This document shows positions 10,250-19,400 of a DNA stretch of 64,000 nucleotides, one piece after another. The stretch is from an uncultured Gemmataceae bacterium (GTDB lineage Bacteria > Planctomycetota > Planctomycetia > Gemmatales > Gemmataceae): positions 160,001-224,000 of the forward strand of contig CAVVPN010000003.1 of NCBI GenBank assembly GCA_963750165.1, written 5' to 3'. The notes beneath the pieces were generated by a model. That model searched no databases. It was given only the letters and a program-made list of their open reading frames with translations, and was not told the origin of the DNA. The position numbers were made by a program, and so were the translations under genes. Position 1 is the first letter of the stretch. Every line of letters starts with the position of its first letter.

Positions 10250-11704
10250 ATGAACGCCGCGCCGCTGTCGTTACGGGTGCTGGTGATCGATGACGACGCC
10301 GACACCCGCGATAACCTGTGCGACATCCTGGAACTGGATCGGCACCGCGTGGACACCGCCGGCAGCATTGCCGAGGCGCTGGCCCGCGACAACTGGTCCG
10401 ACTACGCCGCCATCCTGCTCGACCGCCGCCTGCCCGACGGCAGCGCCGAGGACTTGCTGCCGCAGTTGAAGCGGCTGGCGCCCGATGCCGCCATCCTCAT
10501 GGTGACCGGCTACGCCGATTTGCAGGGAGCCATCGCGGCGCTGCGCTCCGGCACGGCGGACTACATCCTCAAGCCGATCGACCCGGACGCCCTGCGTAGG
10601 AGCCTGCACCGCGTCGCGGAGCGGCAGCGGCTGCGCCTGGCCAAGGAGCGCAGCGAGGCAGCCTTCAGCGCCCTGGTTGAGGCGGCGCCGTGCCTGATCA
10701 TCATCCTGCGACCGGACGGCACCGTTGCCTACTTTAGTCGCTACGCCGAGGAGGTCACCGGCTACCGCAGCGCGGACGTGCTGGGCCGCGACTTCGTGAA
10801 ACTGCTGCCGCCGGAGAGCCAGGCCGCCGCCGCGGAGCGCCTCAGCGCGGCCGCCGCCGGCACCCCCGTGCGCGCTAGCGAGAGCCGGCTGCTGTGCAAG
10901 CACGGCGACGAACACTGGGTGCTGTGGAACGCGCAGCGGCTGCGTGACTATGAGGGCGAGTCGGCAGTGCTGGTGATCGGCCAGGACATCACCTCGCTCA
11001 AGCGCGCCCAGGAGCAGGCGCTGCAGTCGGAGCGGCTGGCGGCCATCGGCCAGATGATGGCCGGGCTGGCGCACGAAAGCGGCAACGCCCTGGCTCGCAG
11101 TCAGGCGTGCCTGGAGATGCTCGCCCTGGAGGTGCCGGATAAACCGGAGGTTGCGGAGCTGATCGGTCGTATTCAGCTGGCCCAGAACCATTTGCAGCAG
11201 CTGTACCAGGAGGTGCGCAACTACGCCGCGCCGCTGAAGCTGGAGCGCGAGCCGGTCAGCCTGGCCCTGGTCTGGCGCAGCGCCTGGAAGCACCTGACGC
11301 TGGCACAGCCAACGCGCCGGGCGGAGTTGCGCGAGCACACCGCCGGCGTCCGGCTGGAGTGCTTTGTGGACCCGTTTCGGCTGGAGCAGGTGTTCCGCAA
11401 CATCTTCGAGAACGCTTTGGCGGCGTGTACCGAGCCGGTGCGCATCGACATCCACTGTGCGGACGCGGCCCTGGAAGGGCAGCCGGCGCTGCGGGTGGCC
11501 GTGCGCGACAACGGCCCAGGGCTGTCCGGCGAGCAGTGCCGCCGCATTTTTGAGCCGTTTTTCACAACAAAAACCCGCGGCACCGGATTGGGTATGGCAA
11601 TTGCAAGGAGGATCGTCGAAAGCCACGGGGGTCGCATCGCCGTGGGCACGGCCGACGAGCCGGGCGCCGAAATCCTCATCACCTTGCCGCGGACTCCACC
11701 ATGA
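10250..11704 (+). CDS. Hybrid sensor kinase REC-PAS-HisKA-HATPase
   Basis: Receiver (IDDD, LLDRRLPDG, LKP), PAS (EEVTGYRSADVLGRD...GQDIT), H-box AHESGNAL, DNGPG, FFTTK, GTGLGMAI. Confidence 0.9.
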   Translation: MNAAPLSLRVLVIDDDADTRDNLCDILELDRHRVDTAGSIAEALARDNWSDYAAILLDRRLPDGSAEDLLPQLKRLAPDAAILMVTGYADLQGAIAALRSGTADYILKPIDPDALRRSLHRVAERQRLRLAKERSEAAFSALVEAAPCLIIILRPDGTVAYFSRYAEEVTGYRSADVLGRDFVKLLPPESQAAAAERLSAAAAGTPVRASESRLLCKHGDEHWVLWNAQRLRDYEGESAVLVIGQDITSLKRAQEQALQSERLAAIGQMMAGLAHESGNALARSQACLEMLALEVPDKPEVAELIGRIQLAQNHLQQLYQEVRNYAAPLKLEREPVSLALVWRSAWKHLTLAQPTRRAELREHTAGVRLECFVDPFRLEQVFRNIFENALAACTEPVRIDIHCADAALEGQPALRVAVRDNGPGLSGEQCRRIFEPFFTTKTRGTGLGMAIARRIVESHGGRIAVGTADEPGAEILITLPRTPP

Positions 11705-12300
11705 TTGCTTCCCTGCGCGTTGCCGTGGCTGATGATGAGCCGGACATCCGCGCCTACTTCCAACGCATCCTGACGCACCTGGGCCATCAGGTGGTGGCCG
11801 TGGCCGATAACGGCCGGACGCTGGTCGAGGAGTGCCGCCGCACGCAGCCCGACCTGGTCATCACCGACATCAAGATGCCGGAGCTGGACGGCATCGACGC
11901 GGCCCTGCAAATCTACCATGAGCGTCCGGTGCCGATCATCCTGGTGTCGGCTCACAACGAGCCGGAACTGATCGAGCGGGCCGAGGCGGACCACGTCATG
12001 GGCTATCTGGTCAAGCCGATCAAGCAGGCCGACCTGCCGCCGATGATGACGCTGGCGCTGCGGCGCATCGAGCAGTTCCAGGCGCTGCAGCACGAGACGA
12101 CGGACCTGCGGCAGGCGCTGCGCGAGCGGCGGTTGGTCGAGCGCGCCGTGGAAGTGGTGGTGCGGCGGGCGGGCGTCGCCGAGGCGGAAGCGCTGGCACG
12201 GCTGCGGCGGCTGGCCGCGGATCGGCAGCGCAAACTGGCCGAGGTGGCGGACGCGGTCCTGCTGGCCGCGGACGTACTGCCGCCGACCGAGCCGGCGTGA
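11701..12300 (+). CDS. REC-ANTAR response regulator (AmiR/NasT/PdtaR-like)
   Basis: Receiver (ADDE, ITDIKMP, LVKP), coiled coil, then ANTAR-like LRERRLVERA...EAEALARLRRLA...KLAEVADAVL; ATGA overlap. Confidence 0.88.
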   Translation: MIASLRVAVADDEPDIRAYFQRILTHLGHQVVAVADNGRTLVEECRRTQPDLVITDIKMPELDGIDAALQIYHERPVPIILVSAHNEPELIERAEADHVMGYLVKPIKQADLPPMMTLALRRIEQFQALQHETTDLRQALRERRLVERAVEVVVRRAGVAEAEALARLRRLAADRQRKLAEVADAVLLAADVLPPTEPA

Positions 12301-12464
12301 GCGGTTGTACCGCATCCGCCCAGCGCTGGGGCTGGCCCGCACAGGGCGGCGGCCCGGCGACCGTTCCCCCGGCGACTTCGCCCGCCGCGCATCTTCCCGC
12401 CTGCCCCGGCAGTCCTATACTGTTTCCGAACGGGTAACCCCCTTTACGACACCGGAGGAAGAAC

Positions 12465-12968
12465 ATGCGCAAGTTCGTGTGGATGGTTGCGGTGCTGACC
12501 ATGGTCGCGGTGATGGGCATGAGCAGCGGCTGCGGCGGCAAGGACAAGGAGAAGGAAGGCAAGCACGAAAAGACCGCGTCGGAGAAGGACAAGGAGAAGA
12601 TGGAGGGCACCTGGCAAGTGACCGCCATGGAGATGGGCGGGATCGAGGCGCCCAAGGATATGGTCGAGAAGGGGAAACCCTTGATGATCTTCTCGGGGGA
12701 TAAGGTGACGATGGACATGCCCGCAGGGCCCAAGGAGCGGAAAAAGGATGAGGGCACTTTCACCATTGACGCCAGCAAAGAACCCAAGACCATTACCATG
12801 ACGCCGACGAAGGAGAGCAAGGACCAGAAGGTCATGAAGGGCATCTACAAGTTCGACGGCGACACCCTGATCATCTGCGGCACTGAGGAAAAGGACGCCC
12901 CCAAGGAATTCAAGAGCCCCAAGGATTCCAAGGTGATGATGTTGACCCTCAAGAAAGAGAAGAAGTAA
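12465..12968 (+). CDS. Planctomycete TIGR03067-domain lipoprotein
   Basis: Lipobox-like SSGC, DKEKMEGTWQVTAME, IDASKEPKTI, GIYKFDGDTL.IC, PKEF. Confidence 0.88.
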   Translation: MRKFVWMVAVLTMVAVMGMSSGCGGKDKEKEGKHEKTASEKDKEKMEGTWQVTAMEMGGIEAPKDMVEKGKPLMIFSGDKVTMDMPAGPKERKKDEGTFTIDASKEPKTITMTPTKESKDQKVMKGIYKFDGDTLIICGTEEKDAPKEFKSPKDSKVMMLTLKKEKK

Positions 12969-13086
12969 CCCGTCGGAACATCCAGGCGGCAAGGACTTCA
13001 GGCCAGGGACGGGCGGGCGCTCGGCCCTGGCCTGTATCATTCGTGAGTTGAGTCGGCACCATTTACCATCTCGGATGGGACAACAC

Positions 13087-13548
13087 ATGCGCAAGTACAT
13101 TGGAACGGTGGCGGTGGTCGCGCTGGCGGCGCTGCTGGTCGGCGGCCCGCTCCAGGGCAACCAGGGCAAGAGCGACAAGGACAAGTTCCAGGGCACCTGG
13201 CACGTGATCAGTATGGAACGGGAAGGGGAGAAGGCGTCCGAGGACGTTATCAAGAAAGCGAACTTCACCATGACCGTCAGCGGCAACAAGGTGACGTTCA
13301 AATCCGCCTTCGACAAGAAGCCGGAAGAGGGCACCGTCGTCATCGACGCGAGCAAATCGCCCAGGACCATTACCATGACGCCGACGAAGGAGAGCAAGGA
13401 CCAGAAGGTCATGAAGGGCATTTACAAGTTCGACGGTGACGATACCCTGACGATCTGCGGTAACGACGCGGGCGAGGCCCCCAAGGAGTTCAAGACTGCG
13501 AAGGGGAGCAAGGCGGTGCTCTTGACCCTCAAGCGCGAGAAAAAGTAA
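13087..13548 (+). CDS. Planctomycete TIGR03067-domain protein
   Basis: Signal peptide, DKDKFQGTW, GIYKFDGDDTLTIC, LTLKREKK. Confidence 0.88.
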   Translation: MRKYIGTVAVVALAALLVGGPLQGNQGKSDKDKFQGTWHVISMEREGEKASEDVIKKANFTMTVSGNKVTFKSAFDKKPEEGTVVIDASKSPRTITMTPTKESKDQKVMKGIYKFDGDDTLTICGNDAGEAPKEFKTAKGSKAVLLTLKREKK

Positions 13549-13677
13549 ACCAGTAGCGCCCTGGATGTTTGTGGTGGGTCGGACCCGAGCGCCAGCGCGG
13601 GGCAGAATTGGCCCCTCGCTGGCGCTCGGGCTCCGACCAGAAACGAGCGGATTCATCCCCAACCCTGGAGGCAGGCC

Positions 13678-14130
13678 ATGCGCAAGTGCGTCGGACTGGT
13701 GGCAGCGGTGACGCTGGCGGGGCTACTGCACGGCAGCGAACCGTCGGGCGTCAAGCAGGGCAAGAGCGACCGGGACAAACTGCTGGGCACCTGGGTTATC
13801 ACCTCCATGGAGGTTGGCGGCAAACAATTCCCGGTGGAAATCTTCAAGGACCTGCGATTCACGTTTACTGCGGAGAAAGTGGCCATTGAGTTCGGCGGCC
13901 AGAAGAAGGCGGGGACTTACTTTCTGGACACGACCAAGAACCCCCGCAACATCACCCTGGTCCCGTCGCCGGACGAAAAAGACCAGAAGACCATGAAGGG
14001 CATTTACGTCTTTGAGGACGATAACACGGTAAAGATCTGCGGCTCCGATGGCGGCGACGCCCCCCGGGAATTCAAGACCGGGATGGACGCCAAGACGGCG
14101 TTAATCATTCTCAAGCGTGAAAAGAAGTAA
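13678..14130 (+). CDS. Planctomycete TIGR03067-domain protein
   Basis: GGAGG RBS, DRDKLLGTWVITSME, GIYVFEDDNTVKIC, ILKREKK. Confidence 0.88.
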   Translation: MRKCVGLVAAVTLAGLLHGSEPSGVKQGKSDRDKLLGTWVITSMEVGGKQFPVEIFKDLRFTFTAEKVAIEFGGQKKAGTYFLDTTKNPRNITLVPSPDEKDQKTMKGIYVFEDDNTVKICGSDGGDAPREFKTGMDAKTALIILKREKK

Positions 14131-15703
14131 CCGCGTCCGCCGCGAGCAATTCCAGCCGCCGCAGCACCACCAGCGCCTGCGCCAGTGTCTGCTCCGGGCT
14201 GCCGTTGGCGTCGAGGACGTGCAGCGCCGGCCGCGTCCGCTCGCCCGGCTCCTCCCAGCCGGCCCGCAGTCGCTGATACACTTCCCAGTCCGCATCCGAC
14301 GCATCGCCGCGCCGCTCCTGCAAGCGCTCGCGCACCACCGCCGCACCCGCCGCGCATACCAGCAGCACGCCCGGCACCGCCCGCCGCCCCGCCAGGTCGA
14401 GGAACCGCCGCCGTTGCGCCTCCGCCCGGAAGTTCGCATCCACCAGCACCCGGCCGCCCTGCCGCAGTCGCGCGTCGGCCCGCCGCAGACACTCCGCATA
14501 CGTGCGCTCGCCCCACGCCGGCGTGTAAATGTCCTGGTCCGCGGTGCCCGCCGCTAACTCCTTGCGCACCACGTCGGAGCGGATCACCTCCAGCCCCGCT
14601 CGCTCCGCCAATCCGCGGGCCAGCGTCGATTTGCCGGAGCCCGGCAGTCCCGCCGCCAGCACCAGACACGGCCGCCGCGCCGGGTCCTCCAGTTCGCCCA
14701 GTGCCAGCAGCCAGTGGGCCTGTGCTCGCTCCAGCGCCGCAGCCCGCTCGTCCGCCGGCACCTCCGCCTCCGCCGCCTCCATGCCCTCAACCTTGGCGCG
14801 GATCACGGCGCGGTAAGCCGCGTAGAACGGCAGCAGCGCCCGGCCCTCGGCGTCCGCGGCCGCGCTGAAGTAGGCGTCGGCGAACAGACGGGCCAGGTCG
14901 CGGCGGTCGTGGTACGCCAGGTCCATGACTAGAAACGCCAGGTCCGCGACCGGATCGGCGTAGCGGAAGCGTTCGTTGAACTCGATGCAATCGATGACGA
15001 CCAGGTCGTCCGGTGGCGGCCGGTCGGGGAACAGGTAGACGTGATCCAGGTGCAAATCGCCGTGCGTGTCGCGCGGCACGCCGTGCGCCGCCCGCGCCTC
15101 GATGAGTGGCCGCAGTCGCGCCAGGGCCAACTCGGTCAGGTCGCGCAGCCGATCATGCACCGCGGGCGTGACCGTCACGCCGACCTGGGCCGCCGTCTGC
15201 TGAAAATTCTCGCGGACGTTGCCGGCCACCACATCGAAGCGGCCGAACGCGCTGACCCGCTCGCCGCCCGCCGCGGCCGCGTGGAAGTCCGCCAGCTTCC
15301 GCGCCAGGGCCTGGAGTTGCTCGGCGCGAACCGCGCCGCGCTGCAGGCGCCGCTCCAGTGTCGCGTCCTCCGGCAGCCGCACCATCTTGACGGCGTACTC
15401 GACCGTTTCGCCTTCGCCCTCGAAGCGCAGTCGCTTGTCGTGGCGTGTCAGCGGCACGACGCCGACGTACACCGAAGGCGCCAGACGGCGGTTGAGGCGA
15501 ACTTCCTCTTCGCAGAAATGCCGGCGTCGTTCGAGGGTGCCGAAATCGAGAAAGCCGAGGCGCACGGGCTTTTTGAGCTTGTACACCCAGGGCCCCGCCA
15601 GTGCCACTACCGAGATGTGCGTCTGCCGAAGTTCCACTGCACCCACCGGGAAGGGGTAGGCGGCGGCCTGGCTGACGGCGTCAATCAGTTCGCTCACGTT
15701 CAT
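14111..15703 (-). CDS. Bifunctional aminoglycoside-phosphotransferase-like / AAA_33 P-loop kinase (Rv2004c-like)
   Basis: QTHISVV, YKLKKPV, HGDLHLDHV, DCIEFNERFRY, Walker A GLPGSGKST, SDVVRKEL, SDAD. Confidence 0.9.
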   Translation of the reverse strand: MNVSELIDAVSQAAAYPFPVGAVELRQTHISVVALAGPWVYKLKKPVRLGFLDFGTLERRRHFCEEEVRLNRRLAPSVYVGVVPLTRHDKRLRFEGEGETVEYAVKMVRLPEDATLERRLQRGAVRAEQLQALARKLADFHAAAAGGERVSAFGRFDVVAGNVRENFQQTAAQVGVTVTPAVHDRLRDLTELALARLRPLIEARAAHGVPRDTHGDLHLDHVYLFPDRPPPDDLVVIDCIEFNERFRYADPVADLAFLVMDLAYHDRRDLARLFADAYFSAAADAEGRALLPFYAAYRAVIRAKVEGMEAAEAEVPADERAAALERAQAHWLLALGELEDPARRPCLVLAAGLPGSGKSTLARGLAERAGLEVIRSDVVRKELAAGTADQDIYTPAWGERTYAECLRRADARLRQGGRVLVDANFRAEAQRRRFLDLAGRRAVPGVLLVCAAGAAVVRERLQERRGDASDADWEVYQRLRAGWEEPGERTRPALHVLDANGSPEQTLAQALVVLRRLELLAADAVTSFHA

Positions 15704-15886
15704 CGGGGTCGCACCTCCGACCCGGTCGGGTCGGAGATAGTTTACGGAAGGGACGCGTCTGCCGTAGCTCGAATGGCAGAAGGAATGTCTACCCCACGGA
15801 AATGCAAAAACGGCCAGGCAGTCTGGAAGACCAGACCGCCCAGCCGTCAGCAGGGTTGTGGGCTACGGGTCGCGGGAGCAGAGGAC

Positions 15887-16465
15887 TTACAGGTTATCGC
15901 GCTTCTCCTCGACGAGCGTGCGGATGCGCTCGCAGAGCAGGGCAACATCGAACGGTTTCTTGAACGCCTCGCTGAAGCCGTAGTTCACCAGCGTCTCGGG
16001 CGCCGCCTCGTCCTCGGCGGCCAGGGCGACAATCAGCGTCGCCTCGTAGGTCGAGTTGCGACGCAGGTTGGTCGCGATCTGCAGCGCCTCGCCGCGGCCC
16101 ATCGCCAGGTCGATGATGATGGTGTCGGGGTGGAAGCTCTCGGCCTGGATGCCGGCCTCGAAGCCGCTGCTGGCGAACTCGTACTTGAAGTCGTCGTCGA
16201 TCGGCAGCAATTCCTGCACCCGGTCGGAGAACAGCTTCTCAGCACCGATGATGAGGATCTTGTGCAGGCCCTCCTCCTCGAGTTCGCCCAGGGGCATGTT
16301 GTGCTCCTTGAGGAACCGAATGAGGTGTTCACGGGGGATGCGGCGGTCCTGGCTGCCGGGGATGCGGTAGCCACGTAACCGGCCGGAGTCGAACCATTTA
16401 CTGACCGTCCGCGGCGCGACCTTACAGATTTTCGCGACCTGGCCGGTAGTAAAAACCTTTTTCAT
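15887..16465 (-). CDS. Excisionase-like HTH_17 + receiver-like domain regulator
   Basis: MKKVFTTGQVAKICKVAPRTVSKWFDSGRLRGYRIPGSQDRRIP followed by a degenerate receiver fold ending in KKPF; GGAG RBS. Confidence 0.88.
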   Translation of the reverse strand: MKKVFTTGQVAKICKVAPRTVSKWFDSGRLRGYRIPGSQDRRIPREHLIRFLKEHNMPLGELEEEGLHKILIIGAEKLFSDRVQELLPIDDDFKYEFASSGFEAGIQAESFHPDTIIIDLAMGRGEALQIATNLRRNSTYEATLIVALAAEDEAAPETLVNYGFSEAFKKPFDVALLCERIRTLVEEKRDNL

Positions 16466-17090
16466 GGCAGGCACTCCATTCTTGGTAACGGCTGACATCA
16501 CTGCCCGGGGGGCGGCCGCGCGGGCGGCCGCCGTCCGGGTCCGGGGGGTGCGGGAACGCCCACCCGGGGCTCCTGCCAGGAGTCAGCGTCCGTCGGGGGG
16601 AAAACGGCGGGCGCAACCAACGGCTAAACCAGGCTTTCACACCGGCGGCCCGGGACACGGTCTCCGCCTCGGCCTCCGGAGGTTGTGGCCCCTCGGTTAG
16701 TTTGAATCATCGGCAAAACGGCTGACCAAGATGAGAGATAGCCCACACCTTGGGGAGGTTTTGCCAATTCGCCTTCTTGCGCTCATTCTTCCCCTTGGCT
16801 GTATTCCCATACCTGCGCTCGTCTGGCAGACACCCTGCCTTCGGCGCCCGGAGCGCAGACAGACGAACCGGCCCCCAGCGCGCGGCGCGGCGCGCACCAA
16901 TATAGGGGGGTGGGCTGGACGAGCCCGTTCACGGTTGGGGAAACCTGGGCAAACCAGAGAGGTTGCCGGCGGTTGGGCGGAAGTTGTTCAGGAGGTGTGA
17001 CTTCGGAGAGGTCGAGCGCTGCCCGCCGCCGTGAGGATTATACGCGGCGGACTAGTCCGAAAATTCTGAAAAAATGGTTGTAAGTTTCTG

Positions 17091-17118
17091 TTGACACCCA
17101 TCAAGGCTTGTTTATAAT
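17091..17118 (+). promoter_or_regulatory. Consensus sigma70 promoter
   Basis: TTGACA (17091-17096), 16 bp spacer, TATAAT (17113-17118); A-tracts upstream at 17060-17075 (UP-element-like). Confidence 0.85.
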
Positions 17119-17123
17119 TCAAT

Positions 17124-17189
17124 TGTCTCGCCGGTTGGTGGCTTCGGTGATGGGCGACGCCGAAGTTGCTGACGGCGAGACATTTTTTT
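17124..17189 (+). ncRNA. Candidate ~65-nt hairpin small RNA ending in U7
   Basis: Starts 5-6 nt after the -10 box; 10-bp outer stem plus 15-bp inner stem with 6 G.U pairs, then TTTTTTT. Confidence 0.6.
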
Positions 17190-18967
17190 CTAGGACAGCA
17201 AAGCCGGCTAGACAGCTAACCTGGGTTTGGGTTACGCTTTAGCGCCCCAACCCGGCTTTGATACGTAATGTAATTTCGTCCCGCGGTTGGTCCCGTTCGT
17301 CACGGAACGTTACCGAGGCGTACCGCGAAAAACGAGTTGCGTAGCAAAGCCCCCCAACCCAGGAGCTTGCCATGGCCAGGAAGGCGCCCCGCCCCGAACC
17401 CACCTTCACCCAACACCTGGACGCCTTGTACCAGGACTGCCCCGCCTGCCACCGACGGATGTGGTCCGACTACCGGAACGACCGCACCGTCGTCACCCTG
17501 CTGGGCCTGACACGGCTGGTGCTCCACATCCGCCGCTGCCACACCGCCGACTGCCCACGCCACCTGCAGCCCTACCGGCCCGAGGCCGAGGGCCGCCACG
17601 CCCTGCCCCAGCACGAGTTCGGCCTGGACGTCATCGCCCACCTCGGCGCCCTCCGCTACGCCGAGCACCGCTCCGTCCCCGAGATCCACCAGCACCTGGT
17701 CGCCCGGGGCCTGGCCATCGCCGAGCGGACGGTCACCAACCTCCTGGAGCGCTACGACGAACTGCTGGCCGTCACCCTGACCGACGCCGGCCGCCTGCGC
17801 GGGTTGCTGGCCGCGCAGGGCCGCGTCATCCTGGCCATCGACGGCCTGCAGCCCGACGTCGGCCACGAGGTGCTCTGGGTGTTGCGCGACTGCCTCTCCG
17901 GCACCGTCCTGCTGCGCGCAGCCTGTTGTCCAGCCGGCAGCAGGACCTGGCCGAACTCATCGGCCAGGTGCGCGACGGCCTGGCGGTGCCGATCACCGGG
18001 GTGGTCTCCGACGGCCAGCACTCCATCCGCAAGGCCGTGGCCGAAGCCTTGCCCGGCGTGCCGCACCAACTCTGCCACTTCCACTACCTCCGCGAAGCCG
18101 CCCGGCCCATCTACGAGGCCGACCGCCACGCCAAGAAGGAACTCAAGAAGCGCGTCCGCGGCGTGCGGCCCCTCGAGCGCCAGGTGGAGGGCCGCACCGA
18201 CCCCGAGGCCCAGGCCATCCAGGGGTACTGCGACGCGGTCCGCAGTGCCGTGACCGACGACGGCCGGCCGCCCCTGGAAGCGTCCGGGCTGAAACTCCAC
18301 GACCGCCTGAGCGCCGTGGTGGCCAGCCTGGACGGGGTGGCCGAAAAAGGGGCTCCCGAAAGAACTCGTCCGGCTGAGGCTGCTGCTCGTGGCGGCGTTG
18401 GCGGCCACGGCGCCGCTGTGGCCCCCGGTGCGCGTGGCCTTCGCCTGGGTCTGGCAGGCGGCGCACCTGCTGGGCGAACACGGCCCCGGGGTGGCCCCAG
18501 CCGTGCGGCAGCGCCTGGGTGGTCTGCTCGGGGCGATGACCCGCCACCGCGGGCTGGTCGGGGCGCTGGCGAGCGGGGTCGAGCACTTCGTGAAGGTCAC
18601 CCGGAGCTACTGGCCGGGGCTGTTCCACTGCTACGCCGTCGCGGACCTACCGCGGACGAACAACGACCTGGAGCAGTTCTTCGGCAGCCATCGCTACCAC
18701 GAGCGCCGGGCCAGCGGCCGCACGGGGGCGTCCCCGAGTCTGGTGCTCCGTGGGGAGGCCCGCGTGTTGGCGGCCGCGGCGACCCGGCAGCACGTCTACA
18801 CAGCGGAAGAGTTGGCGGAGGCAGACCCGGTCAGGCAGGCGGAACTCCGCCAACACCTGGAGTCCCGCCGCCGCCGCCGAGTCAACCGCACACGGTTCCG
18901 TCGCAATCCCCGGGCGTTCCTCCAACAGTTGGAGGAAAAACTGCTCCAGCCGGCTTTGCTGTCCTAG
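17190..18967 (+). mobile_element. Insertion sequence (~1.78 kb) with a DDE transposase of the MULE/IS256-like clan; family uncertain
   Basis: Terminal inverted repeats CTAGGACAGCAAAGCCGGCT (17190) and AGCCGGCTTTGCTGTCCTAG (ends 18967); the transposase stop lies in the right TIR. Confidence 0.9.
17372..18967 (+). CDS. Transposase in three reading frames (shifts at ~17915 and ~18350)
   Basis: N-terminal Cys pairs (CPAC, CHTADC), LAIDGLQP, VVSDGQ, HQLCHFHYL (CxxH), PRTNNDLEQFF; second shift at GAAAAAGGGG. Confidence 0.85.
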
Positions 18968-18973
18968 TTTTTT

Positions 18974-19342
18974 TTGGACGGCAAAGCCGGCTGGCGCAGT
19001 TCCACCTTCCTGACCACATTCTCTGTTACCAATTCCGCCGCAGTGTAGCTGTGCTGGCGTGTCGCTGCTGCCACCAACCAGTGGGCCTCCCCGCGCAGCA
19101 CCAGACCTGGCGACGCCTCTTTCCGGCCGCTGGCCCGACGCTCGTGCTAGCGCTGACTCTCGAAGAACTGCTCCAGGTCGTTGATGGTCCGCAGCATGCC
19201 GGCGATCTCGTAGCAGTGGAACAACCCCCAACCAGTAACTCCGCGTCCCGCGCACCGGCGGCCAGAGGGTCGCCGTGGCGGCCAGGGCCACCACCAGCAA
19301 CCGCCTCGGCCGGACGAGTTCTGTGGGGAGCCGCCGTCCTGG
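18974..19342 (-). mobile_element. Internally deleted, diverged relic of the same IS in inverted orientation
   Basis: End GGACGGCAAAGCCGGCTGG at 18976; minus strand matches 18351-18434 (LPTELVR...PPVR) and 18601-18967 (LFHCY...NDLEQFFES); other end CCAGGACGGC at 19342. Confidence 0.85.
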
Positions 19343-19383
19343 AAAAAAAACGCCGCGCCCCGGCGAGCGGCCGGAGCGCGGCG
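19343..19383 (-). terminator. Intrinsic terminator of the BON-domain gene
   Basis: GC-rich stem followed by T8 on the minus strand, 17 bp after the stop codon. Confidence 0.8.
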
Positions 19384-19400
19384 TGGGGAGTGACCGGGGC

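Noticed and set aside
12788..13421. 57-bp repeat as a diversity-generating retroelement TR/VR pair
   Set aside because: The copies are identical with no adenine-specific mismatches, both are coding, and no reverse transcriptase is present.
15887..16465. Excisionase-like HTH genes as evidence of a prophage or ICE
   Set aside because: Both HTH_17 domains in the window are fused to regulatory domains (REC, PTS EIIA); there are no integrase or phage genes.
17124..17189. Hairpin as a tRNA or SRP RNA
   Set aside because: No cloverleaf, T-loop or CCA end, and no SRP helix-8 motif. No tRNA or rRNA genes were recognised anywhere in the window.
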